Positions 48,269 through 60,000 of a DNA stretch of 64,000 nt are shown in pieces; the first letter of the stretch is position 1; each line of letters starts with the position of its first letter. The stretch is from assembly GCA_000708835.1 (NCBI GenBank), contig DF236985.1, forward strand, positions 1 to 64,000. The letters run 5' to 3'. The position numbers and the translations under genes are program-made. Under the pieces are notes generated by a model, which made no database searches, had not been told where the DNA came from, and worked only from the letters and a program-made list of their open reading frames with translations. The stretch comes from Klebsormidium nitens. Lineage: Eukaryota; Plantae; Klebsormidiophyceae.

Positions 48269-48796
48269 TTATGTTTGAAACCTTTCTATCTTGATTCCAT
48301 TGTTCCCTCGAACTATTGTTCCATATTTACTATCACGTATTTCAGAGATCCCGAAAATCAGTTCGTTCATTTTGTCGCTCATGTGCGCCTCTACAAGTTG
48401 TTCTTTGGTTACGCTGAACGTACATATTGCTGACTGGTAGCATGAAAAGACAGCTTGTTCTAAGGTCACTTGTCGAAAAGGAATCCCAAAGACTCGGCAC
48501 ACCTCCTGACTGGGTAAGACGTCGTCTTTCGCTGCTTTTACTAGTTTCTCTGCACCTATGGATACCAGGAAACGTACCTGTCTATATCTGTCTGCACTAC
48601 CAGGAGACGGCGAATGCGTTGTCGCCGCCACGACGTTACAATCAGACTTGTGCTGACGCCAGTGCTTTTTTTGATGTTCTTGACCACAGTAGTAGACCAA
48701 TTTACAGCTGCCGCAGCGAAGTTCAGACCGAGCACCACAAATTTGACAGTTATATGACTCAGGAACGACGCATTTTTCACGGGATTGTTGCTCCAT
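48269..48796 (-). CDS. MYND zinc-finger protein (175 aa), element cargo
   Basis: CQICGARSELRCGSCKLVYYCGQEHQKKHWRQHKSDC fits the MYND pattern CxxC..CxxC..YYC..HQ..HW..HK..C. Starts 112 bp after the RPA-like stop. Confidence 0.8.
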   Translation of the reverse strand: MEQQSREKCVVPESYNCQICGARSELRCGSCKLVYYCGQEHQKKHWRQHKSDCNVVAATTHSPSPGSADRYRQVRFLVSIGAEKLVKAAKDDVLPSQEVCRVFGIPFRQVTLEQAVFSCYQSAICTFSVTKEQLVEAHMSDKMNELIFGISEIRDSKYGTIVRGNNGIKIERFQT

Positions 48797-48907
48797 GCCG
48801 TTTTCGTCCTACGACTTCGACTTGCAATTAGATTTTTCTCGCCTGCCTATGTACACAGATTTTCTGGTCCGCTTATATCAGCTTGCAGTTACTCGACTTG
48901 ATGAAGT

Positions 48908-51900
48908 TTACTCTGCCTTGTACTTCTTCGAAAAGAATCCTTTCTCTGGCGGCAGCTCGATGCCCACAATATTGGCTTGGTATTGGCTGAATTGCGTGTT
49001 CGGATTCTCACGGATGCGCAGGTGCATCGCGAAGCGCTTGTTCTTCAGACGGGTGTTAAGGTTGTCCAGCTGTTCGTTTGGAGGTTTGATGCTGAAGCTC
49101 GTCAGGTGCGTGCCGGTGACGACGACGAAGTCGTTTGACCAGATTTTGACGGCCAGGACGTCCGCTGTACAAGGAGACGGTAGAAGTATAAGTTGCCGCT
49201 GAAGTCGGTTACCTCCGGCGAAGCAGTATCGACTACAGTCTTAGCTGAATTCAATGACTTCGATGAATCGGTTGCTAATGTCGATACTACTGTTGTAAGT
49301 GGTGTCTAATCTGTCATGCTGCGCGTAAGACAATTCTACTTTTATCTTCAAGCTCAGTCAACTTCGACCGTAATTTTCAATTCTGAGAAAATTTGGACTG
49401 TTGATCGTGTATTCAGAATCCTGCGATTGCATGATGATTCTATCGATCCAGGTAGGTTGAATCGGCCTACCTGCAGGGGCTGCTGTCTTGCACGGAACTG
49501 TGCGCGCGCACACGTGTAGGTGACGTAGCCGCGCGCGCATATGCTCGTTCTAAAAAAGTTTGAAGTCAAGTAAACAAAAAGAAATTCGACTACTCACGTC
49601 CTGCATCCACCCGGATGTCCACTGACACGGTGACTTCTACGCACGCGTCCGTCAGCGGTCCCGGCTGACATCCCTGCTCGCAGAAGAGCTGGCGCGTGAC
49701 CGGGTTTCTGCTTGCAGCACCGCTGCACTCGTAGCAGCCGTACGCGATGGAGTCGACTTTCGTGAAGTTGATGAACGTCGCAAGCACCGTCGCTGCAGTC
49801 CACTTGTTGCCGGCCAGAGATTGGACGACTCGAGACCACGGCATGATTCTGTCTTCGTTGACGATTCGGTAGGTCAGACCGATAGCAGCCACAGCAGCTG
49901 CTGACGCGTCACTCTTGCAGATGACAGTGCTGCGAGAAGAGACATCATAACAGTTATCTGCTGTTTTACATCACGGTTGCTCGGAAGCTTAAAACGCAGA
50001 CATCTCAAAGTTCGTCAATCAATGTCCGCCAGACGGAAATGTGAAACCTGTTTTAAATCTAAGCTGATCTCGACTTCGATAGTGAACGGATATTGTTCGT
50101 GTTACAGTCAGACTTCAAAGAACTTATGTTGAGCGTTATCTCAGTTTGCAATTCCTAGCAACTTCTGATTCAGCTACATCAGATAACCACAATAAGAGTT
50201 TTACGGGATAGAAAGCTTTTGCAGTTCTGCATATGTGGTAAACGTAAATCATCTGGTGAAGTCGTAAAAGTCTGAAAGAAGAAAAAAACGACGAAAAATC
50301 AGAAAAAATGTAAAAGACTCGATGCTATTAGACGAAGACTGACACGTGGCACGTGCTGATTGGCTGAACCGGAGAGTACCATCACAGAATGGTGCTGTCG
50401 TCTCGGCTTGTCATATTCAAAGACCGAGATGCCCGTACAGTGGGCGCCCATTCGCGTGCTATCATTGGCTTACCGGTTGACCAAAATAAGTGTGCTGTTC
50501 TTTTACGGATCCGAATTCTTATACGGAAGAAAGAAATTCACGAATCTTTCAAGAAATCTGCCTGCGAATATGTAGCTGCGGTTAACGCACAGTAAGTTGC
50601 GTGCAGAAATCTTACTTTCGCGTGCTCGAACAGCCCTGGTCTTCATCGTACTGTACTCCGCTGATGACCACGACGTCAGCACGGACCTTCAGCTGTTTGA
50701 GTTCAGGTAGGTGCGCCATGTCGCCCCAGATTGCGATGCTACCCATGATGCCGCTTTTGTCCTTTATGACAATTTTGACGACCTCGCGGTCACCTCTTGA
50801 CGTCATCGGTTTGCACACACGGCTCTTGTAGACCAGTAGACCTTCGATTTTGTGAACCTGTATTGGAGTAAATTCATGTGATGAGTAAGCAGGCGTTCGA
50901 AGTCTCTGATTTCCAACTGTATGTATTTTCTGCAGATGGATCTTACGACTGATCACGTACGCAACTTGCTGTTACAGAATCCTCTAGTTAATAACCATAT
51001 TCGGTTGACCGAACTTTTATCAGTTATCTTTTAATAGAACGCAATTCATGGAGAGACCAATCAGACCTGATCGACTGCAACGATTTCCTGCATGTACTAT
51101 GGCGCGGAGGACTTCGAAGATTGTGACAGAGAATCTTTGATTCCTACGGATCGATCTGAATACAAGCCTTCAAGCCTGGCACATGAGTGAGCGTCCTGTT
51201 TCAAAAACTTTGTTAACCTGGATTGCAAAGTTATGTTTATTTTGCAAACTTCTGGCTGGTGGTCATTATTATCAAAGTACGAGATGACATGCAAGCACAT
51301 CCTACGAATGAATTTGCGTCGGATTTGACTTACGCCGCCAGGTTGGAGAGCGTCGAAGCTGACTGGAGTTTCCACGATCGATACGATCTCCTCTTCAGAC
51401 TTCATGATCATGGTGCGTCCTTCCGTCACCTTCAGGGAAGTTGGATGATCCGTCAGGGAATACCTGTAAGGGAGAGAACATAGAACATTTGTCATAGTCG
51501 AACATAAGCGCAGGCTTGTAGTCGTGCATGCACGAGCCAGCTTGGTTTGCTGACTTGCAGATTCGAGGGATTCGACGCTAAGCAGCCGCCACGATGTTGA
51601 AATTCGTCAAATTCGCATATAGAAAGTTACTGACTACGACGGCTGGTGAAAGATGCGCGACACTACAGAAGATTATGACGTTGAATAAGACGGGAGATTG
51701 TGCTAACTCAGAGGTGGTTGGACGTTACTGACCTGACAATGCCATGACTTCCAAATGAAGCCGGCGTTCTAATTTATCGCTTAAACGCAAGAAACGCTTC
51801 GTTTGTGACTCAGACAGCATTGTCAAAAGCCCAGTCTGAGTTGCATACCAAGCAATCAAACATAGCCAGACAGAAGATTCAGCACACGTCAGAAGCAGAG

Positions 51901-52213
51901 AACAAGACGCTTACCTGCATGAAGCGACCGTCGGACGGTACAGGAGTATGGTGCTTTCTTTTGCGCATTTGTCGCTCACATACTCCACAGAATGCTTGTC
52001 CCTGCTTGTGGCTTCCACCGTGATTCTATTCCCTTCTTTGTCTTGGAAGACTGCAGCTGTAGTGAACAGGTGTCCAAATGGCAGCTCGCGCACTTTGGGC
52101 TTGTTGTTTTGCGTGGGACTATCTAGGTCAACTATTTTCCCATGCACTTGGAAGAAATCGGAGTCGACTGGGAAGTTTGCGATCTGACTCACGGTGACTG
52201 TGGGCACCTCCAT
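48908..52213 (-). CDS. RPA70-like ssDNA-binding protein (OB-A, OB-B, Zn-containing OB-C), 419 aa; exons 52213-51915, 51463-51334, 50857-50616, 49929-49598, 49164-48908
   Basis: Five GT-AG exons total 1260 nt with consistent phases. OB-fold signatures: VHGKIVD..AAVFQDKEGNRITV, YSLTDHPTSLKV, KIVIKDKSGIMGSIAIWGD, and a C-terminal AYGCYEC..FCEQGC zinc finger followed by VKIWSNDF..VTG..RFAMHLRI. Confidence 0.8.
50345..50363 (-). promoter_or_regulatory. CCAAT-N9-CCACG motif (ERSE consensus), in RPA-like intron 3
   Basis: Minus strand CCAAT cagcacgtg CCACG; 19/21 identical to the copy at 53667-53687. Function untested. Confidence 0.45.
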
Positions 52214-53511
52214 TGCTGCAGCCGCTTGTGCGCACATGCTTAAAGATGGGAGCTTGCTTCTGTGGAGACGAGCTACGCGTGCGCAACAGAAGGACGCTTC
52301 TGCTGGGGAAAGGAATTGAATTGAGCCGTCTCGCGAAATGATCAGAATTAGAAGAGTTCGAGAGTGGACTTGAAGAACGTGGGCGAACGGATGACAGCTT
52401 GGAAATAGTAGACAGAAAAAATTCAGTCAACGAAAGCGTTCAGAATAGGCAGAGTTATAGATTGCAGAAGAGTCAGCAGTAGTAAAACTCGTCGTGTAAG
52501 ACAGCGAACTTCGAACGAACGGTAGAAGAAGCCGATGTCATGCGCACGTGTCGTAGAATTCGAGACCGGAAGGGCAATAGTCGAAGCTCGAGCGTCAAGA
52601 GAATAGTTCTGGTTAAGTCTGACGACGAAAATGGAAGCAGCTGACGTCGAAGAAATCCACGTACTCACACCGTCAGCAGCAAATGCGCCTCCTCAGCGTG
52701 TGAATCAAAACGCTGTAGTGACAGAGTCATAAGCCATGCGACATGCATGCTCGTGAGCATGCACACGACGACGACTTCAACAACCGTAAGCACTAGAAAG
52801 ACGAAATCGCTGGTTACCAGAAACAGACGAAGGGTTTCGATGTCGTCATACGTGACACGTGCGTACGGCAGTAAAGTTGTACGGCTTCGCGCGCGTACGA
52901 GTGAGAGACAGACTGTGCAGAAGAAAATTCCACCTACCGGTACTTACTTCGCTGTATTCACCTTCTCAGCTGGATCTGATGCAACCGTTGGCTTCTTGAT
53001 CCCTCGTTGTCCACGTTCGCCGAATGCAGCTTTCTTCGCAGCTTTTTAAACCTGTAGGCGGGACAAATCGTCAGCAATTGCACGATACCGAGAAAACAGC
53101 AAGCCATAAGAATCAGGAAAACAGTTCGATCCCTGCTGAAACATTTTCCAGTGTCATCAAATTCTGGGTACGTAGCTAAAGTTTAATGCTTGTGTAAAAC
53201 TTGCGACGCACAGAGAAGGAAATCAAATAAGCGTGAATGACCTTGCAGAGAACGGAACGTAGCTCCGCTTGCCTAGAGCAAAGTCATTTTACACCTGGAG
53301 AAGACAGATAAGAATCCGACAGAATTCTTCACAGCGCGTGCAATAAAAAGATGGATAGGAGATAAAACTGAAGAGGTTCTTTACTACGCGTGCAAAAACT
53401 GGTCAGATTAGAAGAGGTAGGGAGAAAAACCCTGAAGAAATCCTTCACTGTGCACGTAGACGTTGATCAAAGTAGGAAGGAAAGACAACAAACAATAAGG
53501 GAATCCCTCAC

Positions 53512-53656
53512 CGCACGCGTCGGCTGTTTTAATCGGCAATATGAATCGCTCCTTCTCCATCACCAAGTGCAGCTCGTCCAAGAAGTCCGCCGACGAGTCC
53601 GGCTGGGACATCACCCTGAAGCAGACCTCCATTGCGCCACCTGCCATCCCCGACAT
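53512..53656 (-). other. Exon-like coding segment between RepHel and the RPA-like gene (MSGMAGGAMEVCFRVMSQPDSSADFLDELHLVMEKERFILPIKTADAC)
   Basis: GC3-rich codons ending in a good donor (G|gtgagg) at 53512; no downstream exon resolved. Confidence 0.3.
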
Positions 53657-53668
53657 GCTACGGCGCCA

Positions 53669-53687
53669 CGTGGCGCTTGCTGATTGG
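53669..53687 (-). promoter_or_regulatory. CCAAT-N9-CCACG motif (ERSE consensus) upstream of the accessory genes
   Basis: Minus strand CCAAT cagcaagcg CCACG, overlapping a G-box (CACGTG). Confidence 0.45.
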
Positions 53688-54019
53688 ACCGTAGTTATCC
53701 AGCTCAACGGAAAAGTAAGCGAAATCGACGAGCATGCTGCAGACTTAGCGGATAACGTAGAGACCTCAAAAACTTACGAGCGGCAGAGTAGCAGAAATTG
53801 GGTTAGGATAAGGATTAGTTTTAAAACTTAGGTGGGTTTAAGGGCATGCGTAATGGCTTGAACGGTTTTCGTTTTCGTGGATCGACTTGTAGTGGTCAGA
53901 GAAAGATGGCAGGCAGCGGAAAGCAAAGAAGAGATTCTTGAGTTTTCAAACAAAGGAAGAAAATCCTACCGCAGACTTTGAAGCAAACATTAGCGAAGAC
54001 GAACGAAACAATATGCTAC

Positions 54020-57000
54020 TTATCGACAGCTGACTGAATGAAGCGCTATATGGAGCGGACTGTGGTCGCTCCAATACGCCTCTAGATTCCGGACTGCAGC
54101 TGTACTTGCTAAGGAAGATGACACCCAGACAGCGTCAAGCATGCTCCCCTGATTAGTGGTCGGCAGCGAATTCAGTAGGCTGGCTCCGAATGAATGCATT
54201 ATGCTAATGAGTTTTTGAGCAGTATTAGATTTCTGCAACAGGTCGATATTAAAGTCACCAGCGCAAATGAAAGATGGCGTTGCTCCCGGTGCTCGTCGGA
54301 ATATATCGTCGAGGAAACGTCTTAATGTTTCTAAGAAGTTGTCGACAAGAAAGTCAGACGGTGATCTGTAGACTGCAATGAGGTAAAAGTCAGGACACGG
54401 CCGGCCCCGGATGTGAATGCAAAGTACCTGCGAGTGACAATCAGATAGCGCGGAGTGAAACGTAGCCGTTAATGCTTTGTCCTGCTTCGATAAGTAGATC
54501 AGAACGTTATCAAATCCGCTTCTTTCGCTGGCGTTTGCTTCAGCCCGATAGACTTCGAAATTTGAGCGGGACAACGTTGATAAAGACCATGACGGTGAAG
54601 TTCTTGTTTCTGTGCACACGATGATGTGACTGCGATTGAAATTAGGATCTGCAAAGAGGTCGGATTCATGTAAGCGGAAAGAACGCACGTTATGTAAAAT
54701 TAGGTGGAGTTCTCGATCACATCCAGGACTGAAAGGTACCTGCGGAATACAGGGTACAACGCACGCTTTTTGGCGAAGACGAGCCATTTCCATTATCACC
54801 TTATGGCTCACCGTAATCTCATCGAAAGCAGCATCTAGAATGAAGACATCTTTCAAGCTGGGAAATCGACTAAGGCCGACATAATGACGACCGGCGTCAA
54901 TATGCCGCTTCGAGGCACCGCGAAAATCGACTGCGCCTTTTCGTACTGTCATGCCTTGTGTGTGATAGAAAGTTCCGGCAGTTGCCGGTCGTAGCGGAAA
55001 CTGCATCCGCAATATGGTACTGTCAATTCGCCGGCTCGCCTGAAACTTACGCGATATGCGGAACACTGGCGTCCATGTTGGATTAACAGAAGGACACAGA
55101 CGATATAGATTTACGTGTTGTTTGCGAGTATGCCGTCCGACTCGTTCGTCAACGAATTCTATCCAGACCGCATGGGGATCGGCGCCCCCGACATCATGAA
55201 AACGTCTGATATAGCCGGTCGCTCCATTGTATAAGCCGTCTGGGATGTCAATGTTACAAGTGACTTCAACGAGAAGTCCGACTTTGAGAAGTAGAGTTGC
55301 ATATAAAGTCGCCGTTTCAGAATCTTGCATTGTGATCGCTTTCGTCAGAAAGTATTGACGGTCTCGAGAAGAAATGCTGCAAGACAACACTTCATCTCTT
55401 GCTCTAAGAGAAAATTCGGGCCCTCCTGTAAGGCGTAATACAAGTGAATTGTGCATGTCCCTTTTTTTGTGCGTTGCAAAAATGTGTTTGTCGAATGCGG
55501 AATAATCCGCCGGCAGGTGCAGCGTATCAACTACCCTTGTTTGAAATAGGGCTAAATCGTCAGCGGTGTGAGCGCCAACACGCAAACGATTGAGCGCTTC
55601 CGCGAAGTTAAGACATTCTTTCTGACGCATGATATCCACGAGTTCGTACATACGTACGTTTTCTTCCCACAAATTGCTGACAATCACACCTTGCTTACGA
55701 ACACCCTCGAAAACATATCCGTCCCACAACGGTTTCAGTTGAAAAAGGTCACCTCCGAAAATAACCGGCAAGCCGCCAAAAGGCTCAGCAGACTCGAAGA
55801 TCTCCTGCAATCTATAGTTTATTATTTGAAGGAGTTTAGCCCCAGTCATTGAAATTTCGTCGATCACAATGCCCCGTAAGTCTGCGTAGTTGTCTCTTAA
55901 AGCAGCTTTTTTTTCGCCACTTATCTGAATATACGTTTCTACTTTCGCATAAAGGGGTATTTTGAAGGCGGAATGAATAGTAACTCCATCAATGTTGAAG
56001 CCAGCGCTCCCCGTAAATGCGGTCAGTAGAAGTTTTAAAGACGTTGGTTGCAATCCCAGAGTTCCGCTGAACGTACGAATTACAAGCTGGGTAAGGCATC
56101 GAATCACCAAACTTTTTCCAGTCCCTGCACCTCCGGTTAAGAATTCCACGAGTTGCCAATCACCTTGAAATTTTAAGCGGTGAATAACGTGATTGATGTA
56201 TGCTCGTTGTGGTAATGTCAATATTCGCATCTGACTGCGGAAATCTTGGTCATCCAACAGAACCTGCGAATGCGGCAGTTTCTCCTCAGCTGATGCATCC
56301 GCCGACGGGTGAAGTTCTGGGGGAACTGTAAATTCTGACGGCACAGCGCAATCTGCTGAAGCGCTGTCTGAAATATGCACTGCAGCAGTGTCGTCTAATT
56401 CGTCGAATAATTCGACATCCATAGCAGCCATAGCTTCTGCGTATTGCTCAACATCCTCCCAGGCAATACATGAGTTGTAATTGTATGATGCGACTACAGC
56501 TTCAATCGAGTCTTTATTGGCATCGTACCTGGTTTCAAAATCCGTGTACGATGCAAGCAAAATTCGGTCGATTTGCGCGTTCAAGGTCGCCAGATCCTCG
56601 CCATCGAACTGCCAAGGCAGAAACAGGAGAAGTTGTTCTCGGAAGAACAACTCGGGATCTGAATTTTTTCTGTATCCAACATATCGGATAATCTTGGCTT
56701 TACTGCGCTTTCGATATCTGCGCATACCCGTAGAATTTTGTGTAGAATCAAGCTCATCGGCTACTGTAAGATCAGCAGTTTCTGCACTCGGAACAGTATC
56801 GTCATTTATTTCTTCGTCGGCAACTGGAGCTGTTGACGCAGGCTCATACCAAGCAGCGAAGTCGGCTAGTGTCAAAGTTTCCGTACCCTGTAAAATCGGA
56901 TTCCGTAAGCGCATGGCGTATTTGTCGACAATATTGGTATACACGCACTCAGTTGAATCCTCCGGGAGCAGACGTAAAGCATGGTCATTTTTGACTAGAA

Positions 57001-60000
57001 AAGTGCGATCCTCGACGGGTCCAGTTGGAATGAATATGTGATCACGGGAGCTACGTCTGTACGGTATACCGATGCAACCGTACACAGCTTCTTGCGCGGA
57101 AACTTCTTGCCCTTTTAACAGCGTCATTCCCACGTGTCTTATGGCCCTTCGAAGTTCCATATTTCCTCGCCGTGCATCGGCGTATGCTTGATCTAATAGT
57201 TTGCTCATTTTGTAGTCGGTCTTCATCATATACGAACTGATATAGTTGGCTGCTGCGTATGCCTCCAGTACGAACTGAAAGTCCATGTTAGTTCCATCTA
57301 AAAGTTTGAGGAGTTTTGGATTATAGTTGTTGATGTAAACTTCGCAAGGACGTCGTTTCAAGAAAACGACTGGTTTGACTAGCTTTGAGCGTAATCCGAG
57401 CACATATTCCGAAGGCGTCAAAGAAAGGCGACTATAAAATTCAAGAGTATCCAGTTCACGTACACCTGGATCTTTATCTTCCAGATCTTTCAGACCTGCA
57501 GCAATCCGCCGATGATATTCGGCGCATTCCAATTTTTTAGATTCTGAAAGACCTTCCGGCAGAGGATGAAGAATCATAGTTTCGTGCAAAGGGGGCCGCG
57601 GAAAGCTGAAACGGCAGACCCTCTTATTGCTAGGACTGCGACGTTTTAAACAGTAACCACGACTGTGGTGATGGAATTGGCCCGCTAAATTAGCAGGCGC
57701 AGCCGCGGTCGACGAACACGTAACGTGCGCATCTATAAACGCGACGACTGTAGAGTCGTCGTCAATGCCAAATTTTGGCGCATCTGCTACGTAAAAGGCG
57801 CAGTGCGTATGCGGCGTACCCCGCTGCTGGAATTCATCCCTCCAAAAGAAATCTGTGACGTGTCCGATCAACGACGAGTATTTACAGATTGCATGCACCA
57901 AACGGGACCTTCGATTATCATAGCATCGAGAAACTGTAACGGGATCATTTCTAATCAAACGAACTTTATCGATCCACGGGAATTCAAGCGCAGCCGCTTC
58001 TGATACCATAATTCCCGTTGCCAAATAATGCAGATTCCGTATTAAAGCTCCCCAGTGAGTTTCAGCCATCGTGAAAGTACCAAAAAATTGAAAGGGACCG
58101 AGCTGCCTTATTGTTGCGAAGGCTTCTTGTTTGCCCTGACGGTTGTATTCAGGACTGCCACGTAGCGTTTTGAAATCGCGATATCCTACGTTTTGAGCCA
58201 TAAGCGAGGACTTGATTTCAGAATTACGTAGCTCACCGACCGTCGGAAAAGCAAGGCTGGGTAACTTTTTCTTACGTAGATGAACCCACGATTGACTGGC
58301 AACCATAGCAGCCTGCAGTTTCCGTAATTTGAAGAAGATATTACTAGTATGATACGCAAAACGACGATCTACATTAGTTAGTTCAAACTTGCATATTTTG
58401 CTGTAACTCAGTTGACTAGTAGGTCTAGCACAACCGTTGAACAAGGAAGGGAAAGCCTTCTCCTCTGCATATGGATCTTGTAACATACCCAACGGTGTTT
58501 GTCCTTCGCTTGGAGCAACGTTGACACCGAAATTGTGGAACGAAACAAACGACGGAACATCTTGAAGCATAGTCTCTTCTGGCGGTAATCGACCGGTGTC
58601 CTCATCTCCGGAATCCGACTCCGAAGATGACGATGACGACACGTCATCCAGTGTTATTACTCCACCCTCAATGCCTAGCTGATCACGAAACAAGAAAGAC
58701 TCTACGTGATGCGCATCAGTACGCAGATCCGCATCAGCTAGCCAGTCTGAACGTACAGATACACCTGCTTCTCGCCACAACGTTGGGCGCGACGTCAAAT
58801 CAACTACGGCGTCTCGTAATTTTGCTGGGCGCACGTTTTCTGCCGCCCTATAACATGCTTTATTGCGAAGTTTATATTTGATGGCGACTGCAATTGTTCC
58901 CTCCGAGTCTACAAACCTCGGCAATGCAAGTTGTATCTTGCTGAGATCGGCGGGCACGTTGACAACCATGCCTTTTAAAGCCAACTGTCCTAACCTTCTC
59001 GGCCCACCAGCAGCAGAAGGAGGCAATCCACGCATTTTCATAAACGGCAAACGTAAAGCAAGTAGATCATTTTCCATACTGGTGAGCCCTTGCAGCGCCG
59101 GAGTCAGAGCCGGAAAATCCGGTTGACGAGTTGGCGCGCCTGGTGGGCAACGACGTTTCTTTACGTATCCAGCGCACGTAGAGCAGATCCATTCTTTGTT
59201 ATCTACAGAACATCGCCCAGACAACCAAGCAAGCGCTTCAGCATCAGTTAACCGACTCCTTAGCTTATCGTTAACCTCCCGCACAGAGTGCGAGAACCAA
59301 GAACGTCGACAAGAAGTGCAGACGAAGAGCGGACCCTCATTACTTGCCGCGCGAAATTCGCGGACGATCTCGTCAAGATCGTCGGTATCAGCATCATTCG
59401 TCGGGGACACATTCTCCGACGTCATAGCTGATATGCTTCTGTCGAGCTCCATTTTAACAGCCAGAGACAATTGTAGAGAATCAGAGACGGGCAGATTAAG
59501 AGCATGTCTTCGAGAAACTCGACGAGCCACGTAATCATATGCTCGAGCGGCTTCCGTAGCAGTGTCGTAATAGCCGAGGTCGTAGCTTTTACATAGTACA
59601 TTAATTCGAGCTCGGAACCGTATTCGATCGTGATACCGTGTTTCATAAACGCCGAAGAATTGCGGGTGAGAAGATTCATTTGGAGCCGCAGACGCCTGAG
59701 TCGCAGACTCTTCTCTGGGAGCACTACTGCGTTGATTGAGCTTACCTCTGAGCAGCATCAAGCATTCATCAGCATAAGCACGCTCCGCTGCATCCACACC
59801 AGCTCCGTCGGGAAAGTTGAGCGGCCTCGGGTACGCGCCGTCCGCCACGAGAGCTTGAATAACGTAGTCGTAAGTCCTGGCGGCCTGCTCTTCAGACTCG
59901 AAGGCACCAACGTGATACTGCCTGCGGCTAAACTGACACTTAATCTCGAACGGCCGTTGCAGGCGCTTCGACCTATGAACTCCCCTATATTGACCAGCAC

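Noticed and set aside
48600-48760. Element MYND finger captured from the neighbouring ankyrin-MYND gene (62041-62470)
   Set aside because: Only the zinc-ligand pattern is shared; no nucleotide similarity or shared intron is visible.
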